From: Nitrososphaerota archaeon
Lineage (GTDB): Archaea > Thermoproteota > Nitrososphaeria > Nitrososphaerales > Gagatemarchaeaceae
Length of the DNA: 64,000 nucleotides
Assembly (NCBI GenBank): GCA_029785085.1
Contig: JAFMAI010000003.1
Coordinates: 50,570-114,569, forward strand
Direction of reading: 5' to 3'
Shown here: piece by piece, positions 18,586 through 27,622 of the stretch
Position numbering within the stretch: position 1 is the stretch's first letter
Layout: the number at the start of each line of letters is the position of its first letter
Program-made: the position numbers and the translations under genes
The notes under the pieces: generated by a model
Database searches by the model: none
The model's input: only the letters and a program-made list of their open reading frames with translations
What the model was told of the DNA's origin: nothing

Positions 18586-19346
18586 TTCAGGACACCCTCC
18601 TTCGATAGCGCGTCCAAGAGCTTCGCAGCGGCCTCGTCTGGGCTCCCATCGATCATGACGTGCTTCCTCGCCGTGGGCTGGGACGACATCGACAGCACCT
18701 CGACCCCCCTGCGGCTCCCGGCCGGGGCGATCTCCTCGCCGTTGAGCTCTTCGACCGGTTTCTTGGAAGCCTGCATTATCTGGATGAGCGTCGGATAGCG
18801 CGGGTCGTTGATTTCGCTCACCACGGACGTGGCGAATGGGACAGCTGCTTCGACTGACTCGACGCTGTCCTCGAGCGACCGTTCGATCTTCGCCGCTTTG
18901 CCGTCGATCTCTATCTTACGGGCGTAGCCCACATAAGGAATCCCCAGCAGCTCGCCGACCATCGGGGGGACCTGCCCCGTGTAGGTGTCCGACGCTCCCT
19001 CCGAGCATATGACCACGTCGAAGCGCCCGGACCTCTTCATGGCGGCTGCGAGCATGGTGGCGGTGCGGAGGGCGTCGATGGCCACCGTGTCGGCGGTCAC
19101 CAGCACCCCTCTGTCGGCGCCCATGGCTAGGGCTTCCTTCAGCGTCTTCTTCGACTCTGTCCCGCCCACCATGAAGACCACCACCTCTCCCTGGTGGGCA
19201 GCCTTCAGCCTGAGCCCCTCTTCGACGGCGTTCTTGTCGAAGGTGCTCATCTTCCCGGCAGCCCCTGCCAGCAGCGGGCTCCCTCCAGGGCCGATTTTGA
19301 GCTCTGCCTCGTCGACGGCATGCTTCACGCAGACGGCGATCTTCAT
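18582..19346 (-). CDS. etfB: electron transfer flavoprotein beta subunit
   Basis: 254 aa, MKIAVCVKHAVD... typical EtfB. 4-nt overlaps with both etfA and acd. Confidence 0.9.
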   Translation of the reverse strand: MKIAVCVKHAVDEAELKIGPGGSPLLAGAAGKMSTFDKNAVEEGLRLKAAHQGEVVVFMVGGTESKKTLKEALAMGADRGVLVTADTVAIDALRTATMLAAAMKRSGRFDVVICSEGASDTYTGQVPPMVGELLGIPYVGYARKIEIDGKAAKIERSLEDSVESVEAAVPFATSVVSEINDPRYPTLIQIMQASKKPVEELNGEEIAPAGSRRGVEVLSMSSQPTARKHVMIDGSPDEAAAKLLDALSKEGVLK

Positions 19347-20512
19347 TGGGCCCTCGCCAGCTCTCGCCTGGATATCAGCATCCTGAGCACCTCAGAGGTG
19401 CCCTCGCCGATGGTCAACAGCCGGGCGTCCCTCCAGTGCCTGTGAATGTCCTCTGTGGTGTAGCCGTATCCGCCGTGTATCTGGATGGCGTCGTCGCATG
19501 CCTTCAGCGACATCTCGGTGGCGAAGACCTTGGCCTGTGACGCCTCTGACGAGTAGTCTCCTCCCAACTCCTTGATCCTCGACGCGTAGAGATAGAGGAG
19601 TCGGCCCGCGTTTATCCCTGTCTTGGTGTCAGCTATCTTCTCCCTGACGAGCTGGAAGTCCGAGATGGTCCTTCCGAAGGCGTGCCGCTGTCGCGCGTAG
19701 GCCAGCGCCTTGTCGTAGGCGAGCTGAGAGATGCCGACGTTGAGCGCCGCGACCACTATCCTCGCCCCGTGGAGTATCGCCTTCGCGTAATCCGCCCCCT
19801 TCCCCTCCTCGCCGACCAGGTTCTCTTCGGGTATCCGGCAGTCAGAGAAGATGACCTCGCGCGTCTTCGATCCCCTCATCCCAAGCTTCTTCAGCTCGGC
19901 GCCGAACTTCAGCCCGGCGCTGGGTGGCTCCAGCAGGAAGCAGGAAGGGCCCTTCGAGGTCTTGGCGAAGACCAGGTAGACGTTAGCCTCCCCGGCGTTG
20001 GTAATGAACATCTTTGAGCCGTTCACGACGTACTCCCCCGCGCGCTTTTCCGCAGTCGTGGCCATGTTGCCCGCGTCGGAGCCGGAGGCGGGCTCGGTAA
20101 GCGCGAACGAGGCTAGCCTCCGCCCCGTGATCATCGGCCCGAGATACCGCTCCCGCTGAGGTTCCGACCCGAACCTCAGCACCCCCTCCGCCACGGCGTT
20201 GTGTATCTCGACGCTCAGCGCTACGGAGGCGTCCGCGGTACCGAGGAGCTCCACGGCCATGGCGTAGACTGAGAATGGGAGCCCGAGCCCTCCGTACTGG
20301 GCCGGGAACGGGATCAGGCTCATCCCCTGGGCGAAGAGCGCGCTCCTGGGCCTGTCTATCGGCTCATCTCCGGAGTCCAGCTTCGGGGAGAGCGGAAGAA
20401 GCTCCTTCTCCATGAAGGAGCCAAGGGAGGTCAGGACGTCAGAGTACTCCTGGTGCCTGCCCGGATGGAGCATCTGCATGAGCTGTCTGTGTTCGGCTGT
20501 GAATATCGTCAA
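19343..20512 (-). CDS. acyl-CoA dehydrogenase
   Basis: 389 aa. FALTEPASGSDAGNM, a catalytic-base region, and C-terminal IHGGYGYTTE..RDARLLTIGEGTSEV. TTG start. Confidence 0.9.
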   Translation of the reverse strand: MTIFTAEHRQLMQMLHPGRHQEYSDVLTSLGSFMEKELLPLSPKLDSGDEPIDRPRSALFAQGMSLIPFPAQYGGLGLPFSVYAMAVELLGTADASVALSVEIHNAVAEGVLRFGSEPQRERYLGPMITGRRLASFALTEPASGSDAGNMATTAEKRAGEYVVNGSKMFITNAGEANVYLVFAKTSKGPSCFLLEPPSAGLKFGAELKKLGMRGSKTREVIFSDCRIPEENLVGEEGKGADYAKAILHGARIVVAALNVGISQLAYDKALAYARQRHAFGRTISDFQLVREKIADTKTGINAGRLLYLYASRIKELGGDYSSEASQAKVFATEMSLKACDDAIQIHGGYGYTTEDIHRHWRDARLLTIGEGTSEVLRMLISRRELARAQ

Positions 20513-20552
20513 TTCGAGGCGCTGAGCCGCGTTCGCCCCACGACAGATTTAA

Positions 20553-20572
20553 TCGTTCTCACTAAAGAACGA
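20553..20572. promoter_or_regulatory. perfect 7-bp inverted repeat TCGTTCT-N6-AGAACGA in a divergent promoter region
   Basis: Read directly in the AT-rich spacer between the acd start (20512) and the prpD-like start (20607). Confidence 0.4.
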
Positions 20573-20606
20573 GAATTCCTATTAGAGCCAGGGGCGGACG
20601 CGGGTC

Positions 20607-21977
20607 GTGGACCTAGCCGGCCGCCTCGCAGAGTATGTGTCCTCTGTCAGGTACCGGGCCTTGGACGCGGGCACCGTCAAGGAGATGAAGGCAAGAGTGG
20701 TAGACGCCGTAGGGTGCGCCATCGGCGCCTACCGCGAGAAACCCATCGCCATGGCAAGGAAGGCAGTCCTGGGCCTGCGGAACGGCGGGCCATCGAGCGT
20801 CTTCGGGACGGGAGAACGCACCTCGCCCGACCTCGCCACGTTCGTGAACGGCTTCATGCTGCGGTACTTCGACTACAACGACACGTACCTGTCAAAGGAG
20901 CCCGCCCACCCCAGCGACAACATCGCCCCCTGCCTTGCGGTGGCGGAGGCGGAGGGCTCGACGGGGAAGGAGCTCATCTCAGCCGCGGTGGCGGCCTATG
21001 AAATCCAGTGCAGGCTCTGCGACGCGGCTGACATCAGGCACAGGGGGTGGGACCACGTCAACTACGGGCTCGTGTCGTCGTCGCTGGCGGCGTCGAAGCT
21101 GATGGGGCTGGACGCGAAGCGGGCTGAGCAGGCGGTGAACATTGCGCTGAACGGCCATGAGGCCATGCGCCAGGTCAGGGCCGGAGAGCTCTCTATGTGG
21201 AAGGGAGCCTCGTTCGCCAACGCCGCCAGGAACGGGGTGTTCGCGGCCGTCCTGGCCAGGGACGGCATAACGGGGCCGTCGCCCATCTTCGAGGGCGAGA
21301 TGGGCTTCTTCAACCAGGTCTCGGGTCCATTCGACCTGGACACCGGCGAGTTCGGAGGACGCCATGGGAGGTACAAGGTGAAGGACACCTATGTGAAATA
21401 CTGGCCCGCCGAGTACCACGCGCAGTCGGCCATCTGGGCCGCGCTGGCGGTGAGGGAGGGACTGAGGGGGCCGGAGGACGTGGAGTCTGTCCTGGTCGAA
21501 ACGCACGAAGCTGGGTATACGATCCTGGGCAAGGACCCCGAGAAGTGGCGGCCCGCGACCAAGGAGACGGCGGACCACAGCCTCCCATACATGGTGGGCA
21601 TGGCGCTCCTGGAGGGGAAGGTCGACAACGGGACATACTCTGAGCGGAAGATCCGGTCCGAGAGGACCCTCCGGTTCCTGCAGAAGGTGAGGGTGAAGGA
21701 GGATCCAGGCCTGACGGCGCTCTACCCCGCGAAGGGGATGGCCAACAGGGTGACCGTAGTCACGAAGTCTGGGGCCACCCTCTCGAAGGAGGTGGACGTC
21801 CCCCGGGGACACCCCCTGGATCCCATGGGGAGAGAGGAGCTGGAACAGAAGTTCATGTCCCTGACGGCCGGAAGGCTATCCCCCCGGAGGGCGAAGGAGC
21901 TCCTCGGCCTGCTGTGGAAGCTCGAAGCGGTCGAAGACATCGGAGAGGTCTTCCCTCTGATGAAAGCCTCGGCCTAG
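20607..21977 (+). CDS. MmgE/PrpD family protein (2-methylcitrate dehydratase-like)
   Basis: 456 aa with a typical PrpD N-terminus (LAEYVSSVRYRALDAGTVKEMKARVVDAVGCAIGA) and length. Confidence 0.85.
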   Translation: MDLAGRLAEYVSSVRYRALDAGTVKEMKARVVDAVGCAIGAYREKPIAMARKAVLGLRNGGPSSVFGTGERTSPDLATFVNGFMLRYFDYNDTYLSKEPAHPSDNIAPCLAVAEAEGSTGKELISAAVAAYEIQCRLCDAADIRHRGWDHVNYGLVSSSLAASKLMGLDAKRAEQAVNIALNGHEAMRQVRAGELSMWKGASFANAARNGVFAAVLARDGITGPSPIFEGEMGFFNQVSGPFDLDTGEFGGRHGRYKVKDTYVKYWPAEYHAQSAIWAALAVREGLRGPEDVESVLVETHEAGYTILGKDPEKWRPATKETADHSLPYMVGMALLEGKVDNGTYSERKIRSERTLRFLQKVRVKEDPGLTALYPAKGMANRVTVVTKSGATLSKEVDVPRGHPLDPMGREELEQKFMSLTAGRLSPRRAKELLGLLWKLEAVEDIGEVFPLMKASA

Positions 21978-22022
21978 CCGCGCCTGTCTGACCTATATCA
22001 TCGTCCGGCGTCCCCCCTGGTC

Positions 22023-22796
22023 ATGGAGTCTGAGGAGCTCCTCAGGGAGGCTTTCGGCCTGAACTCCTACGAGTCGAAGCTCTACATCACCCTGCTGGGC
22101 CGCGGGATGAAGGCAGGCGAAGCGGCCCAGGCTTCGGGGGTCCCCCAGTCGCGCACCTACGACACCCTGCGCTCTCTCGAGCAGAAGGGATTCGTCGTGG
22201 AGTCCGACGGGGTCTACCAGTCTGCGACCCCTTCGGCCGCCCTCGGCTCCAGGATAGCGAAGTACGTGGCGGACTTCGAGGCCAGCCTCGCGGGGAGGCA
22301 GTCCGCCATGAAGAAGATAGTCGTGGAGCTGGAGCCGCTCGCGGGGCCCGGGCACGGAGAGCAGGAGCCCGTGATGCTGAAGGGATTGGAGAGCATCGCC
22401 GCAGCCTTCCTCGAGGTCCTCCGCGCCTCGGAGGACGCATTCCTCCTCGTGAGGAAGGGGATCGAAGCCAAGACAGCGTTCCTAGGGGTCCTGGGGCAGG
22501 CGAGCAGGAAGCCGAAGAGCGTCAAACTCATGATCCCGGCGAATCAGAGGCTGTCGCAGGCTGAGCTGCGGGACGCCCAGAAGCGCGGGCTGGAGGTACG
22601 CCGGTCCGAGGGCGTCCTCCTCGACATGATGGCCGGGGACCGGGGCGGGGTCATCATAGGGGTCCCCGCCAGGGGCAAGGACGAGTCGTTCGCAGCGGTG
22701 GCGATATGGGTGAGGAGCCCCTCGTTCGCCATGTCGGTTATCGAGTCCCTCGAACAACAGTGGAAGGCCGCCCGGCCCCTTCAGGGGAACCCCTAA
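22023..22796 (+). CDS. TrmB-family transcriptional regulator
   Basis: N-terminal wHTH: FGLNSYESKLYITLLGRGMKAGEAAQASGVPQSRTYDTLRSLEQKGFV. Confidence 0.8.
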   Translation: MESEELLREAFGLNSYESKLYITLLGRGMKAGEAAQASGVPQSRTYDTLRSLEQKGFVVESDGVYQSATPSAALGSRIAKYVADFEASLAGRQSAMKKIVVELEPLAGPGHGEQEPVMLKGLESIAAAFLEVLRASEDAFLLVRKGIEAKTAFLGVLGQASRKPKSVKLMIPANQRLSQAELRDAQKRGLEVRRSEGVLLDMMAGDRGGVIIGVPARGKDESFAAVAIWVRSPSFAMSVIESLEQQWKAARPLQGNP

Positions 22797-22817
22797 TTAC
22801 CACTATCTAGTGGTAAT
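22796..22817. promoter_or_regulatory. perfect 10-bp inverted repeat ATTACCACTA-TC-TAGTGGTAAT
   Basis: Fills the 24-nt gap between the trmB-like stop and the GTG start of the LLM oxidoreductase. Confidence 0.4.
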
Positions 22818-22820
22818 CAT

Positions 22821-23810
22821 GTGAAGCTCGCCCTGGGTTTCAACCCGATAATCAGCGTGAGGGACGCCGTGGCCGAGGCGTCGCGCGCAGACTCCCTAGG
22901 CTACGACTCGGTCTGGATGCACGAGAGCTTGTACCAGAGGGACGTGGTCACTTATATCTCAGCCATGGCGTCTGGCACTACGAGGGTCAAGCTCGGTTCC
23001 GGGGTGATAAACACGTTCACCCGCCACCCTGTCACCACGGCGACGACCTTCGCCACGCTCTCCGAGCTGTCAGGGGGGAGGGTGACGCTCGGGCTTGGGC
23101 TCGGGAGCTTCCCGACAGTCCCGCTCATAGGCCACCGGATCTTCCCCGTCGGAGAGACGAAGCCGATCCGCAGGATAAGGGAGTACGTCGAGGTGGTCAA
23201 GAAGACCTGGGAAGGGGAGAGGGTCGAGTTCGACGGCGACTTCTTCCAGGTCCATGGCCTCGCCCTGGGTTTCGAGGTGGCCCACGCGATACCGATCTTC
23301 GTGGCTTCCCTTTCGCCGAGGACGCAGGCGTTCGCAGCCACCGTCGCCGACGGCGTGATCCTCTCCCCAGCCCTGGGCACGGCCCGCGGGACCGAGGCCA
23401 TGGTAGAGAACGTCAAACGGGGGGAAGCTAAACGGGGCCGAGGGGTGGAGCGGGCGTCCTACCTGCTGACCTCGGTGGGCCGGGACCCCGCCAGGGCTGC
23501 CCAGGCAGTCAAGGACTACTACTTCTTCGCCTACCAGCTGTCCGAGGTGATACAGCCCGAGACACTCTCCTCCTACGGGGTGACGGAGGAGGACCTCCGC
23601 CCGTTGAAGGAGGCATGGAGGAGAGGGGACGAAGCAGGGGCGCGGCGGCTTATCCCTGAGGAAGCCGTAGAGGCGCTCACGGTCACAGGTACGCCGGACC
23701 ACGCCATCGAAAGGATCAAGGAGTACAGGAAAGCGGGCGTCACCCTCCCCATACTGATGCCGATAGGGGACGTGAGCTACGCGGTCAACGAGCTCGCGCC
23801 GGAAGCGTGA
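22821..23810 (+). CDS. luciferase-like monooxygenase (LLM) class oxidoreductase, probably flavin/F420-dependent
   Basis: 329 aa, TIM-barrel LLM pattern (MKLALGFNP..., DSLGYDSVWMHE, RVTLGLGLG). Confidence 0.8.
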   Translation: MKLALGFNPIISVRDAVAEASRADSLGYDSVWMHESLYQRDVVTYISAMASGTTRVKLGSGVINTFTRHPVTTATTFATLSELSGGRVTLGLGLGSFPTVPLIGHRIFPVGETKPIRRIREYVEVVKKTWEGERVEFDGDFFQVHGLALGFEVAHAIPIFVASLSPRTQAFAATVADGVILSPALGTARGTEAMVENVKRGEAKRGRGVERASYLLTSVGRDPARAAQAVKDYYFFAYQLSEVIQPETLSSYGVTEEDLRPLKEAWRRGDEAGARRLIPEEAVEALTVTGTPDHAIERIKEYRKAGVTLPILMPIGDVSYAVNELAPEA

Positions 23811-23822
23811 GGCGGTCGGCCT

Positions 23823-24809
23823 CTAGACAACTGGCAGAAAGATGGCGAGCGCCAGGGACACCATGTACAGGACTGAGAACTGAAGCGCCAGGGCCGCTGT
23901 CTTCGGGTCGGCGTTGTCTGGTATCGGCCCCCTGAACATCCTCCACAGCGGAAAGGCACCGGGGAGGGTGACGAGGACGAGGAGGGACCAGGCACTGACG
24001 AAACCCGAAAGGACCTCGGCCAGGACGAAGGCGTATGCAACGCCCAGGAGCCATCCGTAGGCCCTGGAGGCAGCCTTCAGTCCCAGGCGGACGGCAATCG
24101 TCCTCGTGTTGACCGACCCGTCGTAGTCGATGTCCCTGATGTTGTTGGCGAGGAGGACCAGGGCGACGAAGATGCCGATTGGGACTGCGCCCACCAGAGG
24201 GACCCAGGAGAAGGCCCTGGCCTGCACCAGGTAGGCGCCCAGCGGGATGAGGAGCCCCCACATGACGAACACGGTCGCCTCGCCCGCGCCCCTGGCTTTC
24301 AGGACTACCGGGTCGGCGGTGTATAGGACGCTCCCCAGCACGCCAGCCGCTGTGATGAACAGGATTACCGGCCCGGCGACCGACGCGAGGTAGGCGGCCG
24401 CGATGAGCGTGACGGCATAGAGGCCCAGGGCGAAGTACAATATGGTGGAAGGGCGGACCTCGCCGGCCGCGCCCGGATGCAGCCTGTACCTCGTAGTCGG
24501 CGCACCTTCCTTGTCTACCCCGTGCCTGACGTCATAGTAGTCGTTGAGGATGTTGGTCGCCGCGTGGAAGGCCACCATCCCCCCAAGGGTCAGGAGATAG
24601 AGCGGGAGGTCGAATTCTCCGGCCAGGGTCGCGAAGAGGGTGCCCATGGTGACCGACGAAAAGGTCATCGTGAAGGACCAGGGCCTGGCAGAAAGAAGCG
24701 CTGTCCTAGCGCCGAGACTACGGCGCGGGGCCGTCGAGGCGGCCAGGGCCGCACCGGCGATGGGGCGGAACGAATCCCTCGGCGCGGCGCCTGATGACCT
24801 TGTCAGCAT
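23823..24809 (-). CDS. UbiA-family prenyltransferase, MenA-like
   Basis: 328 aa, multi-TM, with NILNDYYDVRHGVD (MenA-type Asp-rich motif). TATA-like taatattaag about 25-30 nt upstream of the ATG. Confidence 0.8.
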   Translation of the reverse strand: MLTRSSGAAPRDSFRPIAGAALAASTAPRRSLGARTALLSARPWSFTMTFSSVTMGTLFATLAGEFDLPLYLLTLGGMVAFHAATNILNDYYDVRHGVDKEGAPTTRYRLHPGAAGEVRPSTILYFALGLYAVTLIAAAYLASVAGPVILFITAAGVLGSVLYTADPVVLKARGAGEATVFVMWGLLIPLGAYLVQARAFSWVPLVGAVPIGIFVALVLLANNIRDIDYDGSVNTRTIAVRLGLKAASRAYGWLLGVAYAFVLAEVLSGFVSAWSLLVLVTLPGAFPLWRMFRGPIPDNADPKTAALALQFSVLYMVSLALAIFLPVV

Positions 24810-24933
24810 GTGTGATTACCACCTGCCAGTAGTAATATTAAGATTGACAGAGCGTGACTTCGGGGACGGAACCCCAGGCAAGGGTCCGCAGCTGTGCGAT
24901 GAGGATTTAACGTCGGCCCTGTGGGGAGAGAAA

Positions 24934-25551
24934 GTGGACAAGGCGCGAAGGTCCGCGCTGGGGCTGGCCATTGTCGCGGCCGGGATGATGCCACTCTTCT
25001 TCCTCCCCAAGGACGACTTTGCCCTATCGACCTTCATAGCCACAGGGTGCATGGCCGCGGTGGCCGTGGCGTCGGGCGGCTACCGCAGGCTCTTCGCTCC
25101 CCGGGTGTGGACCCTGGGGGTGGGGGCGGTGTCGGCCGCAGGGCTCTATGCCCTGTTCTACGCCGGGAACCTAGCCGTAGTGGCGTTCCATCCCCTCGGC
25201 GTCGGGGCCCAGGCGGAGACGTCCATCTACGCTCTGATAGCGTCATCGGGCAACTTGCTCCCGCTGCAGGTCCTTGTGCTGGCCTGTGACTCCGTAGGCT
25301 TCGAGTCGTACTTCAGAGGGACGCTGCAGTCTCTCGCGGCACCCAGGCTCGGGCCAGCGGCCCCCTTTGCCGTGGCCGCCGTGGACGCTCTGATTCACGC
25401 CGCCAGCTTCAACATCCTCTGGGTCGTCGCCACGTTCCTCGCCGACTCCGTCTGGGGCCTCACATACTACCGGACCGGCGACCTGAGCTCGAGCATGCTG
25501 AGCCACTTCGCGTGGGACGTCGCGATATTCATGGTCGCCCCCATAGGCTGA
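24934..25551 (+). CDS. CPBP-family intramembrane metalloprotease (CAAX protease/Abi)
   Basis: Motifs GFESYFRG, HAASFN and SHFAWDVAIF. I prefer the GTG at 24934 (or ATG at 24985) because the longer ORF (from 24640) runs antisense through the menA-like gene and its promoter. Confidence 0.7.
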   Translation: MDKARRSALGLAIVAAGMMPLFFLPKDDFALSTFIATGCMAAVAVASGGYRRLFAPRVWTLGVGAVSAAGLYALFYAGNLAVVAFHPLGVGAQAETSIYALIASSGNLLPLQVLVLACDSVGFESYFRGTLQSLAAPRLGPAAPFAVAAVDALIHAASFNILWVVATFLADSVWGLTYYRTGDLSSSMLSHFAWDVAIFMVAPIG

Positions 25552-25613
25552 GGCGCACAGGGGCAGGACCAGTCTCCGCCTCGGCGCTTATAACTCCCAG
25601 AAAGGCGCGGTGA

Positions 25614-27575
25614 GTGGATACGATGCCTGAAGGGAAGCTGCTCTGGGAGCCCGACTCGGGCTTCGTCAGGAAGACCGCCATGACAGCCTACACGAAGTGG
25701 CTGGAGAAGCGAGGCTTCGCCTTTGAAGGATACGACGACCTTTGGCGTTGGTCAGTGGAAGACCTGGAGGGATTCTGGGGGTCCATCTGGAAGTACTTCG
25801 ACGTGGCGGGCGCCGACTATCCGGTGCTGGCGGAGAGGAAGATGCCCGGAGCCAAGTGGTTCGAGGGGGCCGAACTCAACTTCGCCGAACGCGTCTTCGC
25901 CAGGGAGAGAGAAGGACCGGCGCTCATATGCAGAGGGGAACGCGGCTCAGAGAAGACGGTCACATGGCAGGAGCTGCGGAAGAAGACGGCGGCCCTGGCC
26001 ACGAGGCTGAAGGAGTCCGGCGTGGAGCGCGGGGACAGGGTGGCGGCGTTCCTTTCGAACGGGGCCGAGGCCGTTGTGGGCGTCCTGGCCACGGCGAGCA
26101 TTGGAGCCGTCTGGTCGAGTTGCCCTCCTGAGTTCGGCACACAGTCGGTGATAGACAGGTTCGGTCAGATACGCCCGAAGGTCCTAATCGCGGCCGACGG
26201 CTACGGCTACGGAGGCAAGTGGACCGACAGGACAGAGGAGGTCGCTTCGGTAGTGAAGGCGATCCCAAGCATAGAGAAGACCGTCGCGGTTTCCGGCGGG
26301 AGCAGAAGCAGGGGGATCCAGGGGGCGGAGGACTGGGAGGAAGCGACGGAAGGCAAGTCAGGATTCGACAGTGAGTTCGTACCCTTCGACCACCCGCTTT
26401 GGGTCCTCTACTCGTCGGGGACCACGGGACTCCCGAAGCCGATTGTGCACTCTCATGGAGGGATACTCGTGGAGCTCCTGAAAGCTCTGGCGCTGCACAA
26501 CGATGTGAGGGAAGGAGACCGCTTCTTCTGGTATACCACGACCGGGTGGATGATGTGGAACTACCTCGTGGGGGGCCTGCTCCATGGCGCCACGCTCGTC
26601 CTTTACAGCGGCCACCCCGCCTGGCCGCACCCTGACTCCCTCTGGTCTGTGATGGAGCAGACAAAGACGACATACATGGGTACAAGCGCCGCCTACATCT
26701 CAGGCTGCGCGAAGGCCGGGATCGAGCCGCGGAGCACACACAGGCTGGGCTCACTCAGGGGGATCGGCTCTACTGGGTCGCCGCTCTCGACGGACGGCTT
26801 CGAATGGGTGTACGCCAAGGCGAAAGAGGACGTCTGGCTCGAGTCGCTCAGCGGCGGGACTGACGTGTGCACCGCCTTCGTCACCGGGTCGCCGACCCTC
26901 CCCGTCCACTCAGGGGAGCTGCAGTGCAGGGCCCTGGGGGCCAGCGTCAAGGCCTTCGACGACGGCGGGGCACCGGTGGTGGGGAAGGTGGGTGAACTGG
27001 TCATCACCGAGCCGATGCCCAGCATGCCTGTGTTCTTCTGGGGGGACGAGGACGGGAGCCGCTACAGGGAGAGCTACTTCGACGCGTTCCCGGGGGTCTG
27101 GAGGCACGGGGACTGGATCAAAGTGACCAGCCGTGGGACGTGTGTCATCTACGGCCGCTCCGACGCCACGATAAAGAGGCAGGGGGTGCGGATAGGGACC
27201 AGCGAAGTCTACAGGGCCGTCGAGAAGGTGCCTGAGGTCTCGGACTCCCTCGTGCTCGATGTCCCCACCGGCTTGGGAGGAGACGAGATGGTCCTTTTCG
27301 TGTCTCTGAAGGAGGGCACATCACTGGACCAGGAGCTCCTCACGAAGATCAGGGCTCAGATAAAGTCTGACCTTTCGCCGCGGTATCTCCCCGAGAAGGT
27401 GGTCGCCGTCCCTGCCATCCCCCGGACCCTGAATGGGAAGAAGCTCGAGGTGCCCGTGAAGCGGATCCTCGCCGGGGCTGACCCCGACCGGGTCTTGAAC
27501 AGGGGGTCCCTGGCAGACCCTGCTTCTCTGGACTACTTCGTGAAGCTGGCAAAGGAGACCGCCGCAGGCGCCTAG
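25614..27575 (+). CDS. acetoacetyl-CoA synthetase (acetoacetate-CoA ligase)
   Basis: 653 aa. N-terminus LWEPDSGFVRKTAMTAYTKWLEKRGF...DLWRWSVEDLEGFWGSIW is typical of AACS. AMP-binding motif YSSGTTGLPKPIVH. Confidence 0.85.
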   Translation: MDTMPEGKLLWEPDSGFVRKTAMTAYTKWLEKRGFAFEGYDDLWRWSVEDLEGFWGSIWKYFDVAGADYPVLAERKMPGAKWFEGAELNFAERVFAREREGPALICRGERGSEKTVTWQELRKKTAALATRLKESGVERGDRVAAFLSNGAEAVVGVLATASIGAVWSSCPPEFGTQSVIDRFGQIRPKVLIAADGYGYGGKWTDRTEEVASVVKAIPSIEKTVAVSGGSRSRGIQGAEDWEEATEGKSGFDSEFVPFDHPLWVLYSSGTTGLPKPIVHSHGGILVELLKALALHNDVREGDRFFWYTTTGWMMWNYLVGGLLHGATLVLYSGHPAWPHPDSLWSVMEQTKTTYMGTSAAYISGCAKAGIEPRSTHRLGSLRGIGSTGSPLSTDGFEWVYAKAKEDVWLESLSGGTDVCTAFVTGSPTLPVHSGELQCRALGASVKAFDDGGAPVVGKVGELVITEPMPSMPVFFWGDEDGSRYRESYFDAFPGVWRHGDWIKVTSRGTCVIYGRSDATIKRQGVRIGTSEVYRAVEKVPEVSDSLVLDVPTGLGGDEMVLFVSLKEGTSLDQELLTKIRAQIKSDLSPRYLPEKVVAVPAIPRTLNGKKLEVPVKRILAGADPDRVLNRGSLADPASLDYFVKLAKETAAGA

Positions 27576-27622
27576 GCGCATTTTGGAAGGAAATTAATAC
27601 CTGTGCCGAGCCGGCGGAAGTA

